Assembly (NCBI GenBank): GCA_035468285.1
Contig: DATISY010000090.1
Span: 7,407-71,406 of the forward strand
Source of the DNA: Acidimicrobiia bacterium
Lineage (GTDB): Bacteria > Actinomycetota > Acidimicrobiia > IMCC26256 > PALSA-555
DNA: 64,000 nt
Direction: 5' to 3'
Shown: positions 30,364-38,897 of the stretch, one piece after another
How the letters are laid out: every line of letters starts with the position of its first letter
Position numbering within the stretch: the first letter of the stretch is position 1
Translations under genes and position numbers: made by a program
Notes under the pieces: generated by a model
Told to the model about the DNA's origin: nothing
Seen by the model: only the letters and a program-made list of their open reading frames with translations
The model's database searches: none

Positions 30364-30558
30364 CGTGCCATCGGGGGCCGCGGGGTGCCTCAACGAGCCA
30401 GCCGGAACGGTGCCCGGACGGGTCGCGTCCCCGCGGCGGCACGGCCGCCGATATGCCGTTTCCACAGTTAGCGTGGTAGGAAAACGCCTACGGGGCAAGG
30501 GTCCTGAGCGAGCCTCGGCTCTTCGAGACATCAGCTCCGGAGGGAGGACACCGGCGGC

Positions 30559-31233
30559 ATGCCCAACCTGATGCCCGACTGGCTGCCGTGGATTCGTCCT
30601 GCCGGTCGGCTCCTCTGGGGGATCTTCGCTCTCGGGGTCGGCATGAGCTTCTTCTTGGTCCTCTTGCGCCGACCGTTGCTGAAGCGGCCGTTCCCGAACC
30701 GCCTGGGCTACCTCGCGTTCCCGGTCATCTTGGGAGCCGGGATCATCGGCGCGAAGGTGTTCACCGGCGCGCAGACCGTCATCGTGTGGGCCACCGCGCT
30801 GGCCCTGATCGGGCACGGCCTGCTGATGGTGGCGAGCAGGAAGGGCAGCGACCCGGAGGAGCCCGCCACCTGGGCTGAGTGCTTCGCCGGCGCGGTCGGG
30901 ACCTTCGCCCTGTTCGTGGTCGGCTACGCGATCGTCCCCAGCGAGTGGCTCAACTACGCCAACTCGTACATCCAGTGGGGAGACAACACCAAGTTCGTCT
31001 GGCGCAGCAGTCAGAACATGCTGTTCTTTCCGTGGCACTGGCCGTTCAACCTGGACTACCCCGCGTTGCGCGACATCGTGGTGGCGTTGATCTACGTTGC
31101 CTTCCTCGGTCTCAACCTGAAACTGTGGGTCATGTGGCAGCGGCGCCATGAAGTCCGCGAGCGCGCCGAGACCGCCGGTGAGGCCCCCGCCCGCCGGTCC
31201 CGGTTCGGGCGGCCCCTGCGAGCGAAGGCGTAG
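30559..31233 (+). CDS. Polytopic membrane protein of unknown function, first gene of the b6-type complex operon
   Basis: 224 aa with about 5 hydrophobic helices. 5 nt gap to the ferredoxin gene. GGAGGGAGGA Shine-Dalgarno-like run upstream. No family recognised. Confidence 0.6.
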   Translation: MPNLMPDWLPWIRPAGRLLWGIFALGVGMSFFLVLLRRPLLKRPFPNRLGYLAFPVILGAGIIGAKVFTGAQTVIVWATALALIGHGLLMVASRKGSDPEEPATWAECFAGAVGTFALFVVGYAIVPSEWLNYANSYIQWGDNTKFVWRSSQNMLFFPWHWPFNLDYPALRDIVVALIYVAFLGLNLKLWVMWQRRHEVRERAETAGEAPARRSRFGRPLRAKA

Positions 31234-31238
31234 CGGTC

Positions 31239-31652
31239 ATGGCCCGAACCGACGCGAACCCGCCGATGCCCGACTTCGTCACCGACTACCAGCTCCAAGA
31301 GGTCGATCCCGCGTACCTGACCCAGTCGGTGAAGCCGAAGCAGTTCCTCCACATCGACCAGGAGGAGTGCATCCTCTGCGAGGGGTGCGTCGACATCTGC
31401 CCGTGGAAGTGCATCCACATGGTCTCGGTCGGGGCGATCGCCGAGGCGGTCGGCACGGAGCAGCCCGGCGAGGACCCCAAGGACCACGTGGCGTTCATCG
31501 TGGATGAGGACATCTGCACCCGCTGCGCCCTCTGCGTGGACCGCTGCCCGACGGGCGTGATCATCCTCGGCAAGCTCGGCACCCTCCCCCCCGACGGTGA
31601 CCGGCACACACGCACGGCTCGATACGGCTACGCGTACGGAGTGCGCTTCTAG
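31239..31652 (+). CDS. 2x[4Fe-4S] ferredoxin-type protein
   Basis: CILCEGCVDICP and CTRCALCVDRCP motifs. 137 aa. Confidence 0.85.
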   Translation: MARTDANPPMPDFVTDYQLQEVDPAYLTQSVKPKQFLHIDQEECILCEGCVDICPWKCIHMVSVGAIAEAVGTEQPGEDPKDHVAFIVDEDICTRCALCVDRCPTGVIILGKLGTLPPDGDRHTRTARYGYAYGVRF

Positions 31653-31701
31653 ACGTCCTTCCGCGCTGACGGGGACGAAGAGACACCAAGGAGACAGGTT
31701 C

Positions 31702-32499
31702 GTGGCCAACGGGAACGGGACCAACGGAAACGGGCACGGCCGTCAGCGGGTCGCGGCCGCGGTCGACAAGGTCGACGAGCGGATGCGGGGCTCCCAGGCC
31801 TGGAACTCCATCTTCCGGCCCGGGTCCGTGTACCGGCGGGGCTACACCGACAGCCCCCGCAACCGGTCCTACGTGATCATGAACAACGTCCTGTACCACC
31901 TTCACCCGGTGAAGGTGAAGCGGCACGCGGTGAAGGTGTCATACACGCTGTGCCTCGGGGGCCTGTCCTTCTTCTTGTTCATCCTGCTGACCGTGACCGG
32001 GATCTTCTTGATGTTCTTCTACCGGCCGACGACGGCGTCGGCGTGGAACGACATCAAGACGCTCGAGACCGCGGTCACGTTCGGTTCGCTCGTCCGCAAC
32101 ATGCACCGGTGGGCGGCGCACCTCATGGTGCTGTCCGTCTTCCTCCACATGTGCCGGGTCTTCTACCACGGGGCCTACAAGGCGCCCCGCGAGTTCAACT
32201 GGGTCATCGGCGTGATCCTGCTCACGCTCACCCTGCTGCTGTCCTTCACCGGCTACCTGCTCCCGTGGGACCAGCTGGCGCTCTGGGCGGTGACCGTCGG
32301 GACGAACATGATGGGCTACACGCCCGTGTTCGGCAGCAGCGTGAAATACGTGCTGCTCGGGTCGAAGGAAATTTCGGGCAGCACCCTGCTTCGATGGTAC
32401 GTACTGCATGTCTTGCTGTTGCCGTTCGTCATCGTCATCTTCATGGCCGTGCACTTCTGGCGGGTCCGTAAAGACGGCGGAGTCTCGGGTCCCCTGTAG
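31702..32499 (+). CDS. Cytochrome b6-type cytochrome b (N-terminal four-helix half)
   Basis: Close resemblance to plastid/cyanobacterial b6: YTLCLGG (cf. FYCLGG), FYRPT, HRWAAHLMVLSVFLH (H-x13-H), LHVLLLPFVIVIFMAVH (H-x14-H), PWDQ, and C-terminal RKDGGVSGPL (cf. RKQGISGPL). GTG 31702 is preceded by AAGGAG. Confidence 0.9.
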   Translation: MANGNGTNGNGHGRQRVAAAVDKVDERMRGSQAWNSIFRPGSVYRRGYTDSPRNRSYVIMNNVLYHLHPVKVKRHAVKVSYTLCLGGLSFFLFILLTVTGIFLMFFYRPTTASAWNDIKTLETAVTFGSLVRNMHRWAAHLMVLSVFLHMCRVFYHGAYKAPREFNWVIGVILLTLTLLLSFTGYLLPWDQLALWAVTVGTNMMGYTPVFGSSVKYVLLGSKEISGSTLLRWYVLHVLLLPFVIVIFMAVHFWRVRKDGGVSGPL

Positions 32500-32521
32500 G
32501 TCGAGGGAGTAGGAGCGCGAA

Positions 32522-33364
32522 GTGGCTGACGTCCCCGAACATCTCCTACGCCGCTCCTTGGAGCGCCGGAAGGCCTTGGGTCTGCCCGTCCCCGGTGAGG
32601 AAGGCGGCGAGGCCGCCCCCGAGGCCCCGGCGGAGGCGAGCGCCGCGCCGCCCGAGGCCGCTCCGCCCGACGCGGGGGGCGGCGCCGCGGGTGGCGGCGG
32701 CGAAGACGTCGAGACCGCGGGGGGCGCCAAGAACCCCGCGAACCTGTTGGAGCGCTCGAAGGCCCGTCGGGCCGCCGCGGGCGGGGGTGCGGCCGCCGGC
32801 GCGGCAGCCGGCGCTGGAACCGCGACGGCGGTCGCCGCGCCGCCGGCGCCGACCGCCACGGGCCCGGGGGGTCACACCCAGCGGCTCCTGACGGTCGTGA
32901 AGTCCGGGTCGATCCAACAGACCAAGGCCGAGGCGCAGGACAAGGTGCACACCTGGCCGCACCTGCTGGTCATCGAGTTCGCGGCGATCCTCATCGTGCT
33001 GGCCGCGCTCACCATCTTCTCGGCGTTGGTGAAGGCTCCCCTACTCGGGCTCTCCGATGTCAACAAGACCCCGAACCCGTCGAAGGCACCGTGGTACTTC
33101 CTGGGCCTCCAGGAGCTGCTGACGATGTTCCACCCGATGGTCGCGGGGGTAACGATCCCCGGGATCGGTCTCGGGCTGCTCGCGGTGGCGCCGTTCGTCG
33201 ACAAGAACCCGTCGCACTTCCCGAAGGACCGCAAGTTCGCGATCGCGATCTTCACCATGTTCATCATGCTGTGGGCGGTGCTCGTCATCATCGGATCGTT
33301 CTTCCGGGGAGAGGGCTTCAACTTCGTGTTCCCGTGGAACAACGGGATCTTCTTCGAGCTGTAG
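32522..33364 (+). CDS. Cytochrome b C-terminal half (subunit IV-like) with a roughly 130-aa low-complexity N-terminal extension
   Basis: KAPWYFLGLQELL (a PEWY-box variant, APWY) followed by 2 TM helices. The N-terminal Ala/Gly/Pro-rich region carries two copies of an LL-x-RS-x-x-RR-x-A-x-G motif. Confidence 0.85.
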   Translation: MADVPEHLLRRSLERRKALGLPVPGEEGGEAAPEAPAEASAAPPEAAPPDAGGGAAGGGGEDVETAGGAKNPANLLERSKARRAAAGGGAAAGAAAGAGTATAVAAPPAPTATGPGGHTQRLLTVVKSGSIQQTKAEAQDKVHTWPHLLVIEFAAILIVLAALTIFSALVKAPLLGLSDVNKTPNPSKAPWYFLGLQELLTMFHPMVAGVTIPGIGLGLLAVAPFVDKNPSHFPKDRKFAIAIFTMFIMLWAVLVIIGSFFRGEGFNFVFPWNNGIFFEL

Positions 33365-33377
33365 GTAGGAGCGGAAC

Positions 33378-34229
33378 GTGGCAGTCATCATCGTCGGCGT
33401 GCTCGTCCTGATCGCCTTGGCTGGACTCGTGGTGCTCGGCACCGCGCGGGCCCGGGCGACCACGGGAAGGCTCAGCCGCGAGACGCGCCACCGCGACGCG
33501 TCACCGCCTCCCCCCGACGTCCGACCCGAGCCGGCCGAGGGCGACGAGGTCGATGAGGAGGCCCGGGGCCGGGCCGACGACTCACGCCGCGCGATCGAGA
33601 GCGGCGGGGCGGTACCCGTCCCGGCCGGTGGCCGAGGCGTCGCCCGCTACGAGCCCGTCGACGAGGACGAGCTCGGCGTCACCCGCCGCCAGTTCTTCAA
33701 CCGAGGCATCCTCACCGGGCTGCTCCTCGGCGTGAGCGGATTCGGCGCCGCGTCGTTGGCGTTCCTGTGGCCCGCGGCGGGCGGCGGGTTCGGTGGGAAG
33801 ATCAACATCGGCTCGAAGGCCGATGTCGACGCGGCGATCGCCAAGAAGACGCCGTTCTACAACGCGACCGCGAAGGTGTACATCAACCCGTACCCGAAGG
33901 CCGCGCTCCCGGCGGCCAAGAAGGTGTACTCGCCGCTCGTCCTTCCGGGTTTGCAGCTCGGCTACGTGGCGCTCTACCAACGGTGCGTGCATCTGGGCTG
34001 CCGGGTGCCGTGGTGCCAGTCGTCGCAGTGGTTCGAGTGCCCGTGCCACGGGTCGAAGTACAACCGCGTCGGAGAGAAGAAGGGTGGTCCGGCCCCGCGA
34101 GGCCTGGATCGCTTCCCGTTCGAGATCTCCGGTGGATCGTTCGTGGTCGACACGGGCACCATCGTGCAAGGACCCCCGATCGGTACTAACACCACGGGCC
34201 AGGGCCAGGAAGGGGCATTGTGCGTCTGA
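33378..34229 (+). CDS. Rieske [2Fe-2S] subunit
   Basis: CVHLGC and CPCHGS boxes. Internal Tat-like TRRQFFNRG precedes a TM helix, and there is an extra N-terminal TM helix. Confidence 0.9.
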   Translation: MAVIIVGVLVLIALAGLVVLGTARARATTGRLSRETRHRDASPPPPDVRPEPAEGDEVDEEARGRADDSRRAIESGGAVPVPAGGRGVARYEPVDEDELGVTRRQFFNRGILTGLLLGVSGFGAASLAFLWPAAGGGFGGKINIGSKADVDAAIAKKTPFYNATAKVYINPYPKAALPAAKKVYSPLVLPGLQLGYVALYQRCVHLGCRVPWCQSSQWFECPCHGSKYNRVGEKKGGPAPRGLDRFPFEISGGSFVVDTGTIVQGPPIGTNTTGQGQEGALCV

Positions 34230-34275
34230 GTCCCGCCCCGGCCGCGGTGTTCACATCCGGAGGAACGACCAACTC

Positions 34276-35505
34276 GTGAGCTTCGAGACCGCCATCGTCT
34301 TGCTCAACGTCGTCGTCGTCGTGGCGATCGGCGTATTCGTCGTGTTCCGCGTCGTCAGCTTGCGCCGCAACCCCGAGCCGCGCCCGCCGCTGAACCTGGC
34401 CCCGGGTCTGGCCGACGACGTCCTCGAGGGCCGCAAGCTCGAGCGGGTCCTGGGCTGGGCCCTGCTGTTCACGTTGGTCCTCGCGGTGTCGGTCCCCGTG
34501 TACTTCTTGGTCGAGCCCACCCGCGAGGCGGATGCCAACGCGCAGTTCCTGCGGGAGTCGGTCGCTCGGGGTGCCCGCCTCTTCGCGAACCAGCAGAGCA
34601 AGGCATACGACGCGACGTTCTCGCTGCTGTGCGCCAACTGCCACGGCGTCGACGCCGGCGGCGGGCAGGCCCCGTTCGTCCTCCAGCCCGAGGCGGACAT
34701 CTGCCAGGCGAAGGAGAACCAGAACAACCCCGCGGTGCCCCAGTGCCTCTCCCAGCAGGTGTCGTGGCAGGCGCCGCCACTCAACACGGTGCTGCTGCGC
34801 TTCGACCCGGACCAGGTGGCGCAGGTCATCACGTATGGGAGACCGGGGACACCTATGCCCCCGTGGGGGGTCGCGAGCGGGAAAGGGGTCCTCGGACCGC
34901 AGGGGATCGACGACCTCGTGAACTACCTGCAGAGCATCCAGCTCTCCCAGAAGAAGGCGCAACAGCAGGCGACCGCCGCGGTCGGCCAGTACAAGACGGA
35001 CGCGACGACGTTGGTCACGAACACCCAGAACAGCCTGACGTCGGCGCAGAGCGACCTCGCGGCGGCGCAGGCGCGGGGCGCGGCGGCCACCACGATCGCC
35101 GGGATGCAGGCCAACGTCGCCCAGCTGCAGGCCGAGCTCGCCTCGGCCAAGGCCAACAACGCTGACGTGCAGGGCCTCAGCGAAGGGGCGGTCCTGTTCC
35201 GGCTGAACTGCGCCCGGTGCCACACCAAGAACTGGTCGTTCGCCGACCCGACGAAGCTGAACCAGCCGCCCCCGGCCCGTCAGGGCAGCGGCGCGTTCGG
35301 TCCGGCGCTCACCGACGGGACCACCCTGTTGCAGTTCCCCGGCAGCGCAGGCCGGGACCAGCAGCTGGCGTGGGTCGCCGCCGGGGTGCCCGCCAACCAG
35401 CAGTTCGGCGTGCGGGGCATCTCGTCGGGACGGATGCCGCACTTCGGCCGCATCCTCACCGCGAACCAGATCTCCGAGATCGTGGACTACGAGCGAAACC
35501 TGTAG
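34276..35505 (+). CDS. Membrane-anchored diheme cytochrome c
   Basis: Two CxxCH motifs (CANCH, CARCH) with candidate Met ligands (TPMPPWG, GRMPHFG). Two N-terminal TM helices. An Ala/Gln-rich linker separates the heme domains. GTG 34276 is preceded by GGAGGA. Confidence 0.85.
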   Translation: MSFETAIVLLNVVVVVAIGVFVVFRVVSLRRNPEPRPPLNLAPGLADDVLEGRKLERVLGWALLFTLVLAVSVPVYFLVEPTREADANAQFLRESVARGARLFANQQSKAYDATFSLLCANCHGVDAGGGQAPFVLQPEADICQAKENQNNPAVPQCLSQQVSWQAPPLNTVLLRFDPDQVAQVITYGRPGTPMPPWGVASGKGVLGPQGIDDLVNYLQSIQLSQKKAQQQATAAVGQYKTDATTLVTNTQNSLTSAQSDLAAAQARGAAATTIAGMQANVAQLQAELASAKANNADVQGLSEGAVLFRLNCARCHTKNWSFADPTKLNQPPPARQGSGAFGPALTDGTTLLQFPGSAGRDQQLAWVAAGVPANQQFGVRGISSGRMPHFGRILTANQISEIVDYERNL

Positions 35506-35518
35506 ACGGAGCGATTCA

Positions 35519-36349
35519 GTGCCATCCTTCCTCGCCCAAGTCGCCCCGCCACCCCCGAGCGGGATCTGGTACCCGACGATCCTCGGCATCCTGGTCGTCG
35601 CCGTCGCGATCATGTTGTTCTGCGGGTCGATCTACGTGCTGCTCGCCACCAACCTCGGTGCCCGGCTCGGTTTCCTCTGTGCGTTCACCGCGCTGACGGG
35701 CTTCATGGTCCTCCTGACGACGCTGTGGATGTTCACCGCGTCACCGTTGAACACGCTCAAGGGCACCCCGCCCGTGTGGAAGCTCGTGACGGTCACCAAG
35801 AAGCTCGATCAGTCGTCGATCCCGCCGGCGGTCCGCTCCGCGCCGGTGAAGGGCCGGAAGGTGCCGACCGCCAGCCAGTCGGATCTCAAGGCGGTCGTCG
35901 ACGCCGCGCTCGTGACCAAGCAGCCGATCGCCAACATCCCGTCGCCGGCGAACGCGAACCAGTACGCCAAGTTCCAGGCCGTCACGGACTACACGACCAC
36001 GAACTACTACGAGGTCGGGGGTAGCAACCCGCACCTCCTGGACTGGCAGATCAGCCATCAGCCGCTCTACGCGGTGGTGCAATTCTGTGCCGTACCGCCG
36101 AACACGCTGCCGTTCGGGGTGCCGCCCCCGCCCCCGACGTGTGACAAGACCTCACCCGCGAACGGATTCGCGATCCTCAAGCGGGACTTCGGTTCGTTGC
36201 GGATCCCACCGTTCGTGACGTTCGTGATCTCGGTGATCCTGTTCGGGCTCGGTCTGCTGTCGCTGCACTGGCGGGAGAAGGACGAGCGGGCCCTGGCGGC
36301 CGCCGAGGCCGAGGCCACCAAGCTCGTCCCGACGCCGGCGTCGACCTGA
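35519..36349 (+). CDS. Membrane protein of unknown function (2 N-terminal TM, extracytoplasmic domain, C-terminal TM)
   Basis: 276 aa. 13 nt after the cytochrome c stop. No family recognised. Confidence 0.55.
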   Translation: MPSFLAQVAPPPPSGIWYPTILGILVVAVAIMLFCGSIYVLLATNLGARLGFLCAFTALTGFMVLLTTLWMFTASPLNTLKGTPPVWKLVTVTKKLDQSSIPPAVRSAPVKGRKVPTASQSDLKAVVDAALVTKQPIANIPSPANANQYAKFQAVTDYTTTNYYEVGGSNPHLLDWQISHQPLYAVVQFCAVPPNTLPFGVPPPPPTCDKTSPANGFAILKRDFGSLRIPPFVTFVISVILFGLGLLSLHWREKDERALAAAEAEATKLVPTPAST

Positions 36350-36354
36350 CAAGG

Positions 36355-36594
36355 ATGGTGACGATGCGTTCCATTCGATCGTTCGTCTCGGCGGCGCTCG
36401 TCGTCGCGGCAGTGGTCGTGGGCGCGGCGGTCCCCGCGGGCGCCCAGCAGCTCGTCGACGCCGGTGGTGACAACGGGCAGGGCGGCCTGGCGTTCGTGCT
36501 CATGGCCGTCATGGTGTTCCTGATCGGCTTCTCGTTGTTCTTCATGGACCGGGTCCGGCGACGGCGGGCCGCCGAGCAGGACGAGCGCCGCTAA
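36355..36594 (+). CDS. Small exported/membrane-anchored protein
   Basis: 79 aa with signal-like N-terminus (AAVPAGAQQ), a C-terminal TM helix and a basic tail. 5 nt after the previous gene. Confidence 0.45.
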   Translation: MVTMRSIRSFVSAALVVAAVVVGAAVPAGAQQLVDAGGDNGQGGLAFVLMAVMVFLIGFSLFFMDRVRRRRAAEQDERR

Positions 36595-37871
36595 CCCGAT
36601 CCGGTGATCTCCGCAGCGGCGACCGCGGCGGCATCGACGGTCCGGGCGATCACCGCGTCGTCGTGGGCGGCGCTCGGGAAGAGCGCCTCGAACGGGCTCG
36701 GCGCGAGGAACACTCCCTGGGCGAGCATGGCCTGGAAGAACTGGGCGTAGCGCTTCCCGTCCGCGGCGCGGGCTGTCTCGTAGTCGGTGACCGGCACGTC
36801 GGAGAAGAACAGGCCGGCCAGCGTCCAGGCTCGCGGTGCCTGCACCGCGAGCCCGGCGGCGCCGATCGCGGCGGTGAGGCCTTCCTGGAGGCGCTGCGCC
36901 CGGCGTTCGAGCTCGTCGTAGAGCCCCGCGTCGAGGCGGGCCAGGACCGCGAGCCCCGCCGCGGTGGCGAGCGGGTTCCCTGAGAGGGTGCCGGCCTGGT
37001 AGACGGGCCCGGCGGGGGCGAGCTCGTCGAGGAGGGGGCCGGGTCCGCCGAGGGCGGCGAGCGGCAGGCCGCCTCCGAGGACCTTCCCGAAGATGGTCAG
37101 GTCGGGGGTGATCCCGGTGCGGCCCTGCGCGCCGGCGGGCCCGACGCGAAAACCCGTGATCACCTCGTCGAACACCAGCAGCGCGCCGCTCGTGTCGCAT
37201 CGGCGGCGGAGCCCGGCGAGGAACCCCGGCGCGGGGGACACGAGCCCCATGTTGGCGGCGACGGGCTCGACGAGGAGCGCGGCGATGTCGTCCCCGTGGG
37301 CGGCGAACAGCGCGTCGAGCGCGTCGTCGTCGTTGTAGGGGGCGACGAGCGTGTCGGCGACGGTCCCGTCGGTGACCCCGGCCGAGCCGGGGATTCCGAG
37401 GGTGGCGACACCACTGCCGGCGGCGACGAGCAGCGCGTCGACATGGCCGTGGTAGCCGCCGGCGAACTTGACGATCTTGGCCCGGCCGGTCGCGCCCCGG
37501 GCCAGGCGCACCGCGGTCATGGCGGCCTCGGTGCCGGAGGAGACGAGCCGGAGCTTCTCGACCGACGGGACGCGGGCGGCGACGGCTTCGGCGAGCTCGA
37601 CCTCGGCGGCGGTGGGAGCACCGAAGGACGTCCCGTCCGCCGCGGCGCGCTGCACCGCTTCGACGACGGCGGGGTGCGCGTGGCCGAGGATCGACGCGCC
37701 CCACGACTGGACGTAGTCGATGTAACGGGTGCCGTCGGTCGCGATCAGGTAGGCGCCATCACCTCGGGCGACGAAGAACGGGTCGTGTCCGACACTGGCG
37801 AACGACCGGACCGGGGAGTTGACGCCACCGGGGATGCGGGCGAGTGCCCGCGCCCAGAGGTCGTCGCTCAT
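36591..37871 (-). CDS. hemL: Glutamate-1-semialdehyde 2,1-aminomutase
   Basis: 426 aa with IPGGVNSPVRSF N-terminus and FDEVITGFR motif. Confidence 0.9.
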   Translation of the reverse strand: MSDDLWARALARIPGGVNSPVRSFASVGHDPFFVARGDGAYLIATDGTRYIDYVQSWGASILGHAHPAVVEAVQRAAADGTSFGAPTAAEVELAEAVAARVPSVEKLRLVSSGTEAAMTAVRLARGATGRAKIVKFAGGYHGHVDALLVAAGSGVATLGIPGSAGVTDGTVADTLVAPYNDDDALDALFAAHGDDIAALLVEPVAANMGLVSPAPGFLAGLRRRCDTSGALLVFDEVITGFRVGPAGAQGRTGITPDLTIFGKVLGGGLPLAALGGPGPLLDELAPAGPVYQAGTLSGNPLATAAGLAVLARLDAGLYDELERRAQRLQEGLTAAIGAAGLAVQAPRAWTLAGLFFSDVPVTDYETARAADGKRYAQFFQAMLAQGVFLAPSPFEALFPSAAHDDAVIARTVDAAAVAAAEITGSG

Positions 37872-38845
37872 TGGAGCCGTTCAGCGACTCGGCGGGCAGC
37901 GTACGTGAGGATGAAGTCCGCGCCGGCTCGTTTGATCGCGGTGAGATGCTCGAGCATGACCGCGTCGCCGTCGAGCCAGCCGTTCGCGGCCGCGGCTTCG
38001 ACCATGGCGTACTCCCCGCTGACGTGGTACGCCCCGAGGGGCACCGGTGCGGCGGCGCGCACCTGGCCGACGACGTCGAGGTAGGCGAGGGCGGGCTTCA
38101 CCATGACGAGATCGGCGCCTTCCGCGAGGTCGAGCGCAACCTCGGTGACAGCTTCGCGGGCGTTGGCGGGGTCCATCTGGTAGCCGCGGCGGTCCCCGAA
38201 GCTGGGGGCGCACTCGGCGGCGTCCCGGAAGGGGCCGTAGAGCGCGGACGCGTACTTGACGGCGTAGGCGAGGATCGCGGTGTCGGCGTGTCCCGCCGTG
38301 TCGAGCGCGCCGCGGATGGCCGCGACCTGACCGTCCATCATCCCGGAGGGCGCCACGACGTCCGCTCCCGCCGCGGCCTGGGCCACTGCGATCGACCCGT
38401 AGCGGTCCAGGGTGGCATCGTTGTCGACCGTCCCGTCGGGCCGGACGATCCCGCAGTGCCCGTGGTCGGTGTACTCGTCGAGGCAGGTGTCGGCGATGAG
38501 GACGAGGCCGTCGCCGACCTCGTCGCGCAGCGCTCGGAGCGCCCCCGCGACGACGCCGTCGGGGTCGTCGGCCGCCGAGCCCTGGGCGTCTTTCGTGGCG
38601 GGGACCCCGAAGAGCACGACGGCGGGGATGCCGAGCTCGGCGAGGGCCCGGACCTCCTTGCGGAGGCTCTCCACGGTGTGCTGGACGACACCGGGCATGG
38701 ACGGGACGGGCTCGGGATCGGTGAGCCCCTCCTTCACGAAGAGGGGCGCGATCAGGTCGTCGATCCCGACCCGGGTCTCGGCGACGAGGCGCCGCCAGGC
38801 GTCGGTGCGGCGCAACCGTCGGGGCCGCTGTTCCGGGAAAGGCAC
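37868..38845 (-). CDS. hemB: Porphobilinogen synthase
   Basis: RPRRLRR N-terminal motif, PLFV and VKPALAYLD motifs. Start at GTG 38845. The upstream 200 aa of the track ORF is rejected. Confidence 0.9.
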   Translation of the reverse strand: MPFPEQRPRRLRRTDAWRRLVAETRVGIDDLIAPLFVKEGLTDPEPVPSMPGVVQHTVESLRKEVRALAELGIPAVVLFGVPATKDAQGSAADDPDGVVAGALRALRDEVGDGLVLIADTCLDEYTDHGHCGIVRPDGTVDNDATLDRYGSIAVAQAAAGADVVAPSGMMDGQVAAIRGALDTAGHADTAILAYAVKYASALYGPFRDAAECAPSFGDRRGYQMDPANAREAVTEVALDLAEGADLVMVKPALAYLDVVGQVRAAAPVPLGAYHVSGEYAMVEAAAANGWLDGDAVMLEHLTAIKRAGADFILTYAARRVAERLQ

Positions 38846-38897
38846 CCCGCGATGGTACGGCGACGGCGAGCCCGGCTCTCTGGTCGCGTACCGGGCG

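Noticed and set aside
30450-30487. Relatively AT-richer patch upstream of the b6-type operon (GATATGCCGTTTCCACAGTTAGCGTGGTAGGAAAACGCC) with CCAC-N7-GTGG partial symmetry and a TAGCGT hexamer.
   Set aside because: I could not pair the hexamer with a convincing -35 element at proper spacing. The symmetry is weak, and it does not match the Rex operator. It is plausibly the promoter region, but I cannot support a specific call.
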